DNA from: Nitrosopumilus sp.
GTDB taxonomy: Archaea; Thermoproteota; Nitrososphaeria; Nitrososphaerales; Nitrosopumilaceae
Assembly (NCBI GenBank): GCA_965207075.1
Contig: CBDBLO010000002.1
Location: 672,001-736,000 of the forward strand
Direction of reading: 5' to 3'
DNA: 64,000 nucleotides
Shown here piece after piece: positions 1 through 9,813 of this stretch. Position 1 is the first letter of the stretch. The number at the start of each line of letters is the position of its first letter. Position numbers and translations under genes: made by a program. The notes beneath the pieces were generated by a model. That model was not told where the DNA came from, did no database searches, and saw only the letters and a program-made list of their open reading frames with translations.

Positions 1-62
1 GCCCGACAATGCAGAGGCCGGCCTTGGTTAATTTTAATAACAAAGACATCCTATCCAAAACA

Positions 63-170
63 ATGACCACCGAGCAGAGTGAGGATGAAGAGATAAAGGA
101 ACTAAAGTCCATCGCAGAAAAGGCGATAAAAGAAAACAGGGCTGTCTTTCAGCGACTGTCCGAAATCTGA
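63..170 (+). CDS. 35-aa small protein, possible antitoxin of a Doc/Fic-type pair
   Basis: Read by hand: MTTEQSEDEEIKELKSIAEKAIKENRAVFQRLSEI*. Its stop overlaps the next ATG (TGATG). Confidence 0.4.
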   Translation: MTTEQSEDEEIKELKSIAEKAIKENRAVFQRLSEI

Positions 171-235
171 TGTGCGGGGGAATAACGGAGCAGGGCCTTG
201 TGGCGCTGCACGACGTAGTTTGGCCTAAAAACGGG
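170..235 (+). pseudogene. Truncated Doc/Fic-like N-terminus
   Basis: MCGGITEQGLVALHDVV resembles Doc N-termini, but no HPFxxGNxR motif follows. Confidence 0.3.
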
Positions 236-515
236 GCGCGCAGTCAAGACGCAACGGAGGCCTGCCGTGCTTCGTGCTCTCTGCGGCAGCTACAACGCGT
301 GGTTCATGGCAGGCACCGTGCCGGCACGGCGCCATAACGTAACGGCTGGGGAGATGCTCACCACGCAGCGGCAGATCAAAGGCGCACTTTTGCTCCTTGC
401 AGTACTCGTCGATCATAGGCAGGTATCAAAACCGTCGCCGTCCGAGTTAGCGTGAATACATTTGGGAGGATTGGAATTAGATAAAATTTAAAAAGATTAC
501 CATGTATCTAATGCT

Positions 516-701
516 ATGGAATACGACTACGACAGCACCATAAAGAAGTTCGAACAATTCAAAGCTGAAGAGGAGCGCCTGTTAAAGCGTGCCATCGCCA
601 ACGGCCACGACAACTTGGCCGAATCAGTGAGGAAGTCAATAAGAGAGTATGAGGAATCAATAGCAGAGTGTACTAAGATACGCGACAAGCAGTCAGCGTA
701 A
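516..701 (+). CDS. Small helical-hairpin/coiled-coil protein
   Basis: 61-aa ORF with TATA-like TTTAAAAA at about 487-494. Colinear similarity to the convergent ORF. Confidence 0.6.
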   Translation: MEYDYDSTIKKFEQFKAEEERLLKRAIANGHDNLAESVRKSIREYEESIAECTKIRDKQSA

Positions 702-866
702 GGCACGCAGATCTTCCAGCTCCTTTTCAGCATTCTCAAGGTTGGTTTTCACCACTTTTTCTACATCAGGGCAGCCGTGCTGCTGTGCCGATATTTGGGC
801 TTCCTTTAACCACTCGATGCGCCTTTCAACGGCCTTAAGATCAGATTCGTAATCATATGGTTTCAT
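693..866 (-). CDS. Small helical-hairpin protein, paralog of 516..701
   Basis: MKPYDYESDLKAVE... with TATA-like TTTAAAAA at about 887-894 on the minus strand. Start could be 866 or 875. Confidence 0.6.
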   Translation of the reverse strand: MKPYDYESDLKAVERRIEWLKEAQISAQQHGCPDVEKVVKTNLENAEKELEDLRALR

Positions 867-896
867 GGTTTTCATAATTGTTTGCATTTTTAAATC

Positions 897-1205
897 TTAG
901 TCAGCCCAATAGTGTATTAATTCACGCGGCCCTTGTATCGGTAGGACGACCTCTCCGTAACGCTCCTGTTCTGCCTTCATTATGTGAGGACGACCCCAAT
1001 CGGCCCAGCCCGATGGGCCCTGAAAACACTCTGATGGTTTACGTGCGGATGCATATTCTGACGGAAACTGGATTCTAAAGACGCCGTCAGAATTGCCTAT
1101 CTGAAGTACTCTTGAGAGTCGGACCTCGACATCGGGGGGATCTACATAGGTGGATTTACTGAAGAACAGAGTGTTCAGTAAGGGCACGACGGAAACCTTC
1201 TCCAT
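897..1205 (-). CDS. AbrB/MazE-like DNA-binding protein, possibly degenerate
   Basis: SRVLQIGNSDGVFRIQFPSEYA resembles the swapped-hairpin motif. Confidence 0.35.
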   Translation of the reverse strand: MEKVSVVPLLNTLFFSKSTYVDPPDVEVRLSRVLQIGNSDGVFRIQFPSEYASARKPSECFQGPSGWADWGRPHIMKAEQERYGEVVLPIQGPRELIHYWAD

Positions 1206-1290
1206 AGAGGCGCCTGCCGCAGCAGGCCGGGGTTATGGCGCAGGGATGATAGTCCTTACCGCGGTCCTCGCCCCGCTGTCACAACCGCCA

Positions 1291-1833
1291 TCACGGCTGC
1301 CGCCTCTGCAGGTCCTCTATGATTCCGTCGAGCACCGACTCCACCATGGTGATTATGGGCGGTATGAATCCGGACGTGACGTTCTGCTCCGGCCAGTGGA
1401 GCTGGTTGGTCCTGCCGTTGAGCGTCACCTTTACGTTTGACTTTTGGTATTCGGTCGCGTTCTCAAACACCGGAAACGACTCCGACGGGATGGAGATGAA
1501 CCCCGTCTCCTTTATGAGGGCCCTGATCTTTGCGAGCTTTGCGTCGTCAAGCTTGGACTTTATGTCGGGCCTGAGGTACCCCTGGTCGGAGACTGTATAC
1601 CTCACCTCGCCGTCGTTCTTTATGACCAGGATCTCCGTGTACTGCGAGCCCACCCGCTCCGTTATGCCGTGCGAGACCTTTTTGAGCTGGTGCTTTGTAT
1701 ACTCGATGTCTATCGTGTCAAAGGAGTGGGCTGCTGACACGGGTATCTCGTTTTTGGTCAGGAGGGGCACAGAGATGAGGAGCGCCATGACTACTGGAAT
1801 GGCGCCCAGAGCAAGATAGAACGGCCTTACCAT
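1291..1833 (-). CDS. Membrane-anchored hypothetical protein
   Basis: N-terminal TM (FYLALGAIPVVMALLISVPLL) after ATG 1833, with host-like codon usage. Confidence 0.75.
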   Translation of the reverse strand: MVRPFYLALGAIPVVMALLISVPLLTKNEIPVSAAHSFDTIDIEYTKHQLKKVSHGITERVGSQYTEILVIKNDGEVRYTVSDQGYLRPDIKSKLDDAKLAKIRALIKETGFISIPSESFPVFENATEYQKSNVKVTLNGRTNQLHWPEQNVTSGFIPPIITMVESVLDGIIEDLQRRQP

Positions 1834-2004
1834 GCGGTATGTACGCCGTGTCGTCAAATAAGTTTGATTCCCAGCGCTTTGGGGCATGGCACGGTCTCCT
1901 GTGGTGTCTTGGGACGCAGGATGACGGGCATGAACCTTCAATGGGCCTGGATCATACTGCTGCCTCATATAGCTTAAAATTCAAGCATGCAGACGTAATA
2001 TTGT

Positions 2005-2154
2005 GGGGTCGTAGCCTAGCCTGGTAGGGCGACAGTATCTACACAGATCACCGCTAAGGGCTCCAGAGGTAAACTAAGCAAACTGACTCACGGATGATGT
2101 AAGTTTGGAGCTGTAGTGACCCGTAGGTCGCCGGTTCGATTCCGGTCGGCCCCA
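2005..2154 (+). tRNA. tRNA-Trp(CCA) with two introns (about 2034-2057 and 2067-2118)
   Basis: Acceptor GGGGTCG/CGGCCCC-A, D arm GCCT..GGGC, anticodon stem AC|GGG/CCCGT, loop CT-CCA-G|A, T arm GCCGG-TTCGATT-CCGGT. Confidence 0.93.
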
Positions 2155-2254
2155 CGTCCCCTTAACAGCGCGGTCACACTGACCGCGCGCGGCATGCACC
2201 GTGACGGCGCCCCCTCAGTAGCCCGTACGGTTCGTAACCGCATCGGAACCAAGA

Positions 2255-4546
2255 TCACGCGTCCTGCCCGTCCCGCCCGCGCTTGAGCACGTTGAGGGCG
2301 GAGCCCGCCTTGAACCATTCTATCTGGAGCTCGTTGTACGAGTGCGCCAGTTGTATGTCCTCCGACTCGCCGTCCGCGTGCGTTATCGTGCATGCCACGG
2401 GCCTGCCGGGCTCCATGTGCGACAGCCCGTGCAGGCTTATCCGGTCGTCCTCCCGTATGCGGTCATAGTCCGCGGTGTCCGCAAAGGTCAGGGCCAGCAC
2501 CCCCTGCTTTTTGAGGTTGGTCTCGTGTATGCGGGCAAGGCTTCTTGCAATGACCGCCGCGCATCCCAGGTAGCGCGGCGTCATTGCTGCGTGCTCCCTG
2601 CTGCTGCCCTCGCCGTAGTTGTGGTCCCCCACTATGACCCACTTCATGCGCTGCTCCTTGTACTGCCTTGCGATGGCCGCGAACTGCTCCGTCTTGCCGG
2701 TCAGCGCGTTCTTTCCGGAGCCCACCTCCCCCGTGAACGCGTTTACGGCGCCAAGCAGCAGGTTGTCGCTCAGCCTGTCAAGGTGGCCCCTCAGCGACAG
2801 CCACGCGCCGGCAGGTGAGATGTGGTCGGTGGTGCACTTGCCGCGGGCCTTTGCCATTACGGGTATCTCCTCGTAGTCCTGGCCGTCCCACGGCTCGAAT
2901 GGCTCCAGTCTCTGCAGCCTGCCGCTGTCCGGGTCTATCGCGACCCTTATACTCTCAGCATCCACTGCCGCGGGCGGCTCCACGTACACCGAGTCGGTGC
3001 CCGCGAACCCCCGGGGCGGCACCTCGGGCGCAGGCGGGGGCGGCTCGAGCACGTGCCTCGTGCCGTCTGCAGATACAAGCTCGTCCCTCGTGGGGTCAAA
3101 CGAGAGGCGGCCCCCGAGCGCCAGAGCTATGATCATCTCGGGGCTGCCGATAAAGTTCAAAGTCGAGCGCCTGCCGTCGTTGCGGCCGGGAAAGTTGCGG
3201 TTGAACGTCGTTACTATGGTGTTCTCGGCGCCGGGCTCAAGCTCGGGCCTGTTCCACTGCCCTATGCAGGGCCCGCAGGCGTTTGCAAGGACGGTCGCGC
3301 CTATGCCCCGCAGCGACTCCATCTGCCCGTCGCGCTCTATAGTGGCCCGTATCTGCTCGGAGCCCGGAGTTACGAGCAGCGGCGCCTTTGATGCTATGCC
3401 GAGCCTGCTTGCCTGCTCTGCCAGGCTGGCTGCGCGTGACATGTCCTCGTAGGACGAGTTGGTGCAGCTGCCGATCAGCGCCACGGAGATCTCGTCCGTG
3501 TACGAGTTTGACTCCACGTCCCTGGCAAGCCCCGAGATGGGCCTTGCCAGGTCCGGCGTGTGCGGCCCCACGATGTGGGGCTCCAGCTCGGAGAGGTTGA
3601 TCTCTATCACCTGGTCAAAGTACTTTTCGGGGTCGGCCTCGACTTCCGGATCGGCCGCGAGCAGTTCGTCCGCGTGCTTGTCTGCCAGATCCGCAATCTC
3701 GGCGCGCCCGGTCATCCTCAGGTACGCCGACATCCTCTTGTCGTACGGGAACACGGAGCAGGTCGCGCCTATCTCCGCGCCCATGTTCGTGATTGTCGCC
3801 TTGCCCGTGCAGCTTATCGATGAGGCGCCCTCCCCAAAGTACTCTACTATCGAGTTGGTGCCGCCGGATACAGTCAGGGTCTCGGCCACCTTTAGTATGA
3901 CGTCCTTGGGGGCCGCCCATCCGCGCAGGGAGCCGGTGAGCCTGACCCCGATCATCTTCGGATACAGCAGCTCCCACGGGCTTCCGGCCATAACCTCGGC
4001 TGCGTCAAGCCCTCCGACCCCGACTGCCACCATGCCGAGGCCGCCTGCGTTCGGGGTGTGGGAGTCGGTGCCTATCATCAGCCCGCCCGGGAACGCATAG
4101 TTCTCTAGAACCACCTGGTGGATTATGCCGGCGCCCGGCTTCCAGAACCCGCACCCGTACCTGGCAGCTGCGGTGCGCAGAAACTCGAAGACCTCGTTGT
4201 TCTTGCCAAGCGACGTCTTCATGTCCTCCTCGCCGCCGGACTCGGCCCGTATCAGGTGGTCGCAGTGGACCGTCGTGGGTATCGCGACGCGGCCCAGCCC
4301 GGTCTGCATGAACTGCAGCATCACCATCTGCCCCGTGACATCCTGCAGGGCGACCCTGTCGGGCCTCAGAAACACATAGTCTTTGCCCCTTGCGATGGGT
4401 GCGGACGGCGCGCAGTCGAGGTGCCCTGCAAGTATCTTCTCGGCCAGGGTCAGCGGCCCTGCGCCTGCCTTGCTGCGGTATTCCTCCAGCCTCTCGGACA
4501 TTGCGCCGTATGTGTCGCGCACCATCTCAAGCGTGGTCTTGCTCAT
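2255..4546 (-). CDS. acnA: Aconitate hydratase (mitochondrial-type AcnA)
   Basis: Motifs QDVTGQM, HCDH, GIIHQ, DSHT, IGSCTNSS, CGPCIG, TTDHISPAG, GSSREHAA. Start taken at MSKTTLE. Confidence 0.95.
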   Translation of the reverse strand: MSKTTLEMVRDTYGAMSERLEEYRSKAGAGPLTLAEKILAGHLDCAPSAPIARGKDYVFLRPDRVALQDVTGQMVMLQFMQTGLGRVAIPTTVHCDHLIRAESGGEEDMKTSLGKNNEVFEFLRTAAARYGCGFWKPGAGIIHQVVLENYAFPGGLMIGTDSHTPNAGGLGMVAVGVGGLDAAEVMAGSPWELLYPKMIGVRLTGSLRGWAAPKDVILKVAETLTVSGGTNSIVEYFGEGASSISCTGKATITNMGAEIGATCSVFPYDKRMSAYLRMTGRAEIADLADKHADELLAADPEVEADPEKYFDQVIEINLSELEPHIVGPHTPDLARPISGLARDVESNSYTDEISVALIGSCTNSSYEDMSRAASLAEQASRLGIASKAPLLVTPGSEQIRATIERDGQMESLRGIGATVLANACGPCIGQWNRPELEPGAENTIVTTFNRNFPGRNDGRRSTLNFIGSPEMIIALALGGRLSFDPTRDELVSADGTRHVLEPPPPAPEVPPRGFAGTDSVYVEPPAAVDAESIRVAIDPDSGRLQRLEPFEPWDGQDYEEIPVMAKARGKCTTDHISPAGAWLSLRGHLDRLSDNLLLGAVNAFTGEVGSGKNALTGKTEQFAAIARQYKEQRMKWVIVGDHNYGEGSSREHAAMTPRYLGCAAVIARSLARIHETNLKKQGVLALTFADTADYDRIREDDRISLHGLSHMEPGRPVACTITHADGESEDIQLAHSYNELQIEWFKAGSALNVLKRGRDGQDA

Positions 4547-4741
4547 TGTTGTTACGATCCTGACGGGGGCCGGCCCGAATTTAACTCTAGACTGCGCCGT
4601 TGCTGGGACGGCGGTGCCATGCCGCAGGCGCCGACGCGGCGCCCTGCCGCCGCCGCCCTCCAAAAATACAATTATAAGCAAAAAGCAGCTATATAGGGCG
4701 TTGTCAGCCGTCCTCAGCACCGCCGCAGGGAGCCGCGCATA

Positions 4742-5377
4742 ATGGTCAACAAGGGCTTTCCAAAGTTCGGCATGTCGCAGGCAGGCGCGTTCGTGGCGGC
4801 CCTCAAGAACTACAACCTGCCGGACTTTATACTCGCGATGATAGCAAAGGAGTGCAAGTCCGACCTCTTGGAGCGCGGCAGGATAGACGACCGCCTGCAG
4901 AGCATGAACGACGATGCGCTCTCGATGCTCCACAGGATATTCGTAGAGTGCGAGGAGGACGAGGCCGGCAAGTACGCCCAGTACAGGTTCTACGCGTTCG
5001 TCTCAAGCGTGTACCACAAGTGCACCGTGCTGGTCAACGAGACCATCCCCGGCGCGTCGGGCAAGAACCACCGCGTTCAGGTCGCCGTCAAGAACGCGGG
5101 GGGCGTGTATATTGCGGTCGCCACGAACAAGGCCACCGGCAACCCCGTGGGCGCAAAGGACACGGAGAGGTTCTATAAAGTGGTCGACGACATAAAGAGC
5201 GGCGAGCAGGGGACGATGCTTACTGACGCCATATACGGATCCTCCACCGGGTTCAAGAGGGACGCCACCAAGGAGCTTGCGAGGCTCAACGGCCAGAGGC
5301 CGGACGACCCGGAGAACAGGCTGGAGTTCAAGGCGGCAAACTTTGAGAATACGATATACTCTGTGACAAAGTGCTGA
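4742..5377 (+). CDS. Conserved thaumarchaeal-type hypothetical protein with restriction-endonuclease-like C-terminus
   Basis: 211-aa ORF with strong GC3 bias. IPGASGKNHRVQVAV resembles Mrr-like folds. Confidence 0.7.
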   Translation: MVNKGFPKFGMSQAGAFVAALKNYNLPDFILAMIAKECKSDLLERGRIDDRLQSMNDDALSMLHRIFVECEEDEAGKYAQYRFYAFVSSVYHKCTVLVNETIPGASGKNHRVQVAVKNAGGVYIAVATNKATGNPVGAKDTERFYKVVDDIKSGEQGTMLTDAIYGSSTGFKRDATKELARLNGQRPDDPENRLEFKAANFENTIYSVTKC

Positions 5378-5974
5378 TCAGCTCGATTCTTCGAGCGCGG
5401 ATGCATCCACGACAAGAAACGACGGCCTCCCCTCCGTAACCTCGTGCGAGCCGTCGTACTGGACGAACTCCAGCTGCGAGAAGACGTGCTTGGTCCACAG
5501 GTCGTGCACGTCCTGTATGTGGCGCTTGTTGCCTTTCATGCGCAGCATCTCGTGCAGTATCTGGTGCGATACGACGGTGCAGTTCTTCTCCGCGAAGAAC
5601 AGGTCGGCGTCCTCCTCCTTGGAGATGTCCGCATCCTTGGGGGACTGCCAGTACGCCATGCCAAAGTTCTCGGCGTGGTACCCCTCGCACGTGCAGTCGG
5701 TCCAGATGGGCCTGAAATACGTGAGGTAAAAGTGGTATGTGTTTTTGCCGCGGTGCTCGTGGTCCCTGACGAGCGTGTGCATGTTGATGCGGTCAAGCAC
5801 GCCGCGGGAGTTTGCGACGAGCTCGTCGCATTTGATCTCGTATGAGATGCCGAACTTTTCGCGTATCCAGGAGCCGTAGAACGCGGCCATCCTCTGGACG
5901 TAGTTATAGTCGCGGCCCGAGGCGGCCCTGGCCTGCTCGTGCTTTGTGACGAATATGAAGTGGAGTACGGGCAT
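5378..5974 (-). CDS. Hypothetical zincin-like protein
   Basis: 198 aa with HQILHE (HExxH-like) and CTC motifs. Confidence 0.7.
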   Translation of the reverse strand: MPVLHFIFVTKHEQARAASGRDYNYVQRMAAFYGSWIREKFGISYEIKCDELVANSRGVLDRINMHTLVRDHEHRGKNTYHFYLTYFRPIWTDCTCEGYHAENFGMAYWQSPKDADISKEEDADLFFAEKNCTVVSHQILHEMLRMKGNKRHIQDVHDLWTKHVFSQLEFVQYDGSHEVTEGRPSFLVVDASALEESS

Positions 5975-6089
5975 TGCGGATGCTGTGTTTGTGCGGGTTA
6001 TTGGTGTTGTTGTGCTGCCGCTTGTGAGCGGGTGCTCGCAGCCATCCGCGGCGGTATGTGGAAATGAGAAAAAGTCAGTGGTGCGCGGC

Positions 6090-6329
6090 TCACGTCTGGC
6101 CCTCGATGCCCATCAGGGTGAGCGTCGAGCGGATCTTTTCGATCTTCCTGATCTTCCAGGTGATCGTCTCCCTGAGCTTTTCGACCGTCTCGGACTCGAT
6201 CTTTGCCAGTATGTCGTACGCACCAAACGTGCCGTGAACCTCGATGACGCCCTCAAGCCCCTTCAGCTGGCTGATGATGTCCTCCTCGGAGCCCAGCTCA
6301 CAGTTTATCAAGACATACGCTGTTGCCAT
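6090..6329 (-). CDS. Lrp/AsnC ligand-binding-domain protein
   Basis: AYVLINC...GTFGAYDILAKIE...IRSTLTL. Confidence 0.92.
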   Translation of the reverse strand: MATAYVLINCELGSEEDIISQLKGLEGVIEVHGTFGAYDILAKIESETVEKLRETITWKIRKIEKIRSTLTLMGIEGQT

Positions 6330-6440
6330 GGCAGCTGTCAATACGGGGCATATATCAACAGTTCGCGCGGCGTCTGCGGCCGGTACGGCGTGCGCGTAAG
6401 AGCCGCCAGGTACGGCCCGGGCCGCCTGCCCGGGGCAGCG

Positions 6441-6857
6441 TCAGGACTGCTCTGACATCCGGATTACCTCGTCCCACACGTCCTCGGGGACAGGCATTAC
6501 GGACAGGCGCGATATGCGCAGGAGGTCCCACTCCGCCATCTTCTTGTTCTGTTTGATCTCTGCCAGCGTGACGGGCCGCCTCAGCGGCTTTTTGTATTTC
6601 ACGTCCACCACCACAAACCTCTCGTCTGCCTCCTCGGGGTTTGGATACGGCTTTGACGTCACCTGCATGATCCCGACTGCCCTCTTCTCCTTGCCCGTGT
6701 GGTAGAACAGCACTTGGTCGCCGGGCCTCATGTCGCGGATGTGCTTGAGCGCCAGGTTGTTGTGGACCCCGTCCCACATGGTGGTGCGGTCGCGCCTCAG
6801 CTGCTCAAACGAGTAGGCGCTAGGTTCCTGCTTTGCAAGCCAACGGTTTGCCAACAT
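6441..6857 (-). CDS. EVE-domain protein
   Basis: WLAKQEPSAYS, WDGVHN, MRPGDQVLFYHTG, RLSVMPV. Confidence 0.93.
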   Translation of the reverse strand: MLANRWLAKQEPSAYSFEQLRRDRTTMWDGVHNNLALKHIRDMRPGDQVLFYHTGKEKRAVGIMQVTSKPYPNPEEADERFVVVDVKYKKPLRRPVTLAEIKQNKKMAEWDLLRISRLSVMPVPEDVWDEVIRMSEQS

Positions 6858-6915
6858 GTCGAGTGGCAGGGCCCCCGCTATATGGCTTGGGATTGTGCCC
6901 CGGTTCTGACTCGCG

Positions 6916-7033
6916 CGGGATCATCGGTGCTTTAGCCAAACCCTCACCAGGTTCTCTAACCGGGGGTCGCCCTCTGTGTAGCACGCCTGGGTGAACCGAA
7001 AGTCACTGGTATCGGTACGATCGCATCATCCCG
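6916..7033 (-). ncRNA. Structured archaeal small RNA (box C/D-like, possibly HgcC-like)
   Basis: Intergenic. Minus strand reads CGGG-AUGAUG...CCGAUGA-UCCCG with a terminal stem, box C/D-like motifs and an internal UUCG-containing hairpin. Confidence 0.5.
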
Positions 7034-7234
7034 GTCCGTCTGCGTGCCTGCTCTTGGGCAACATGCGTTGCACAGACGATCTAAAAAGGATTTAGAATGC
7101 GTTACTTCTTGTCTATAGGACATACCCGTCCAACATTTGTGATCTGGGAAGACTAAATGAATTTGATGAGTTCATACAGTCAAACTCCTACATTGGTTGA
7201 TTCCTAGTTCTATTGCGAATTCGTGATATAGTCA

Positions 7235-7352
7235 TCGCTTCGGTATCCTCTGGTCGGTTGAGTTCAGGTAGAGTCTCGAGTTCTGGATGATCGTTTTCCA
7301 TTTGTTCGGGCTCTTGGTGGTGATGCCTGCGGCTTCTGCCAAGGTCTTGCGG
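7235..7352 (-). pseudogene. C-terminal remnant of an IS6-type DDE transposase
   Basis: Minus frame RKTLAEAAGITTKSPNKWKTIIQNS resembles C-termini of archaeal IS6-like transposases and lies just inside the TIR. Confidence 0.6.
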
Positions 7353-7353
7353 A

Positions 7354-7545
7354 TCAGTCCCGACAAAAGCTTAAGAGAATAACGAGCTGTACCAAGACGC
7401 TACAATTCAGTTGATTTCCCGATTCTTTACGATTCTTGTACAGTATTCGAACTAGTGAGACTGTTCCTGAACCTGCCTTTCTCGGCCTCGACTCGACCCG
7501 CCGTATCACGTCAGCCTCAATGGTCACGGTGATCTTGTGCTTCAC
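7354..7545 (-). pseudogene. Ribbon-helix-helix-like N-terminal fragment
   Basis: MKHKITVTIEADVIRRVE looks like the RHH beta strand and helix A. The remainder looks degenerate. Confidence 0.35.
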
Positions 7546-7611
7546 ACGACAAAGTATGGCAGCGTGGGATTAAAATAAGGTGTGGCAATTCGACATCCTC
7601 GTATAGGAAGA

Positions 7612-8382
7612 ATGAACATGGTGGACAAATCGCGCCTGCGCCGGAGGCTAGCCACATGGCTCAAGCGCCACAAGCATTTGTACTCTTTGTATTCCCACAG
7701 GTTCCGCTATGTGACGTCGCCGTGGCGCGCACTCCCAGACTGGTACATCCTAGGGGCCCCGAAGTGCGCCACCTCTTCGCTGTACTGGTATATGGTGCGG
7801 CACCCGGACATAGACCCCGGTATCACGAAAGAGCCCTCGTTCTACTATACGCGGTGGGAATACGGTGAGTACCACTACAGGTCCATGTTCCCGATGCGGA
7901 GGCGCGGAAGACTCACGGGTGATGCCAGCGCTAATTACCTGGCGCACCCGCTGCCCGTCGCCGAACGCGCGCATGAGATGACCCCGGATGCAAAACTCAT
8001 AGTGATGATGCGCGACCCGATGGATCGGGCATACTCCCACTACCACATGAAGCGCCGCCGCGGGGTGGAGACCGAGCCGACGTTCGAGCGCGCGCTGGAG
8101 CTTGAGGCGCAACGGCACGCCGTGTTCATGGGTGGTGACCTGAGGGACGACCCGTGGCACATGTACATGGGGCACGGGGACTATGAGCACCACATTGAGC
8201 GGTGGAAGAAATGGTTCCCGGACGACTCCATACTGGCCATAGACTTTGACGAGTTCATCATCGACCCGCATGCCGTGCTTGCAAGGGTGTGGGATCACAT
8301 AGGCGTCAAACAAGTGCGACTGCCAGACATGGAGCCGCGGAACGTGGGTAGGTACCCTCCGCGGCAATCGGCCAAGGATTGA
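7612..8382 (+). CDS. PAPS-dependent sulfotransferase
   Basis: 5'-PSB motif ILGAPKCATSSL and 3'-PB motif MRDPMDRAYSHY. Confidence 0.92.
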   Translation: MNMVDKSRLRRRLATWLKRHKHLYSLYSHRFRYVTSPWRALPDWYILGAPKCATSSLYWYMVRHPDIDPGITKEPSFYYTRWEYGEYHYRSMFPMRRRGRLTGDASANYLAHPLPVAERAHEMTPDAKLIVMMRDPMDRAYSHYHMKRRRGVETEPTFERALELEAQRHAVFMGGDLRDDPWHMYMGHGDYEHHIERWKKWFPDDSILAIDFDEFIIDPHAVLARVWDHIGVKQVRLPDMEPRNVGRYPPRQSAKD

Positions 8383-8403
8383 GAGTCACGAATTCGCAAC
8401 AGA

Positions 8404-9813
8404 ATGCATGATACACCTACGCTGTACACGTCGCGATGGAGCGACCCCTGGGGTTCTATGGGCCAAGCACCCTCGCAACAGAATGGGACAGTCCGAGCTG
8501 CTGTATGACTGGGCTGCGCGTCCTGATGATTCATGCAGCTTCCGTTTCATCAGAGACATCCGCAAGGGAGGTGAGAAGAAAGGATGAAGATAAGCATTGG
8601 AATCGACATTGGAAAGAGAAAATGTGACTACTGCATAGTCAACGGAAGGGAAAGGATCTTGGAACGCGGGCAGTACTTTAACACACAGGCGGACGCAAAG
8701 CAGTGAGCGCGAACGATACTCGGCAAATGCAGCAGGACGGGAAGGTGCACGGCCGCGTGCGAGACTGCCGCGAACATGTGGATTACGACGGTGGATACGT
8801 TTGAGCGCGCCGGCATTGCAATCAAGCTTGCCAACGCGTACAGGATGGCGCTGATCAACAAGACCGGGAAGAAGACCGACAGGATAAACGCAGAGAAGAT
8901 AGCGCAGATACTCAGAATGGGCTCGATACCAGAGTGCTACGTGCCGCCGGTATACACGCGCGGCGTCAGGAACATGGTGCGGCAGCACGTGCGGTTGGCG
9001 CAGGCCAGGATCAGGGTGGTAAATCAGGTTCACAACCTGCTTGACGCGCACGGCAGGGCCGTGCACGCGGCCAACACGTACTCGCTCAAGGCGCTGTCCT
9101 ATCTGGACGCGCTCAGCCTTGGCGACGCGCCGGACGACTTTATGCTGAGGCAGTGCGTCAGAAGGATAAGGCACTACAAGCGAGATTACGGAGATTGACA
9201 AGCAGCTGGAGGCCGAAGCCACCCAAAACGAGGATGCAAGGCTGCTTGCCAGCATGACCGGCGTTGGGACGTACACGGCCATACTCTTGGCATCTGAGAT
9301 ATCCGAGATATCCGAGATATCAAGGTCTGAGACTCCCAAGCAGATGATCTCGTGGGCCGGATTCTGTCCGACCGTCAGGCAGTCGGACAAGGAGACGCGC
9401 CTTGGGAGGATAAAGAAGATGGGCCCGACAGCCTAGTCAACTGGGCGATGTGCGAGGCCGCCAACGTGGCAGTCAGGTACGACGCGAGAATGAAGGCCGC
9501 ATACGAGGCTACCAGCAGGAGGCACGCGGGCAAGCACATGCTTGAAATTGTCGTGATGGCCCACAAGATGGTTCCCATAATGTGGCACATGCTGAAAACC
9601 AGGATCTCCCTAGAGTCACGCAACGAGGATCTGTACAGCCGCAAGCTGGCCGGGATGCAAAAAAAGCACCAGAACAAGGACTAGCCGTTGTGCGTGTACA
9701 TGTACGGACCAACCCTAGCGTCAGCTATAAACTACGCACTACCCACCCTAGGTGTGAGACGGACGCAAGATCGGAAAAATCCGGTTGGTACGCTCCGGTG
9801 CTATCATAGGCGT
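8404..9813 (+). mobile_element. IS110-family element (IS1111-like sub-terminal IRs), degenerate
   Basis: Sub-terminal IRs ATGATACACC (8408-8417) and GGTGCTATCAT (9797-9807). No TSD of its own. Removing it restores the IS6 TIR. Confidence 0.85.
8584..9684 (+). pseudogene. IS110 DEDD transposase pseudogene
   Basis: Motifs MKISIGIDIGK, KKTDRINAEKIA, GVGTYTA, GFCPTVRQSD. In-frame TGA at 8704-8706 and frameshifts near 9185 and 9420. Confidence 0.92.

Noticed and set aside
4547-4933. 129-aa N-terminal extension of aconitase
   Set aside because: It overlaps the divergent gene and its promoter region. The real start is most likely 4546.
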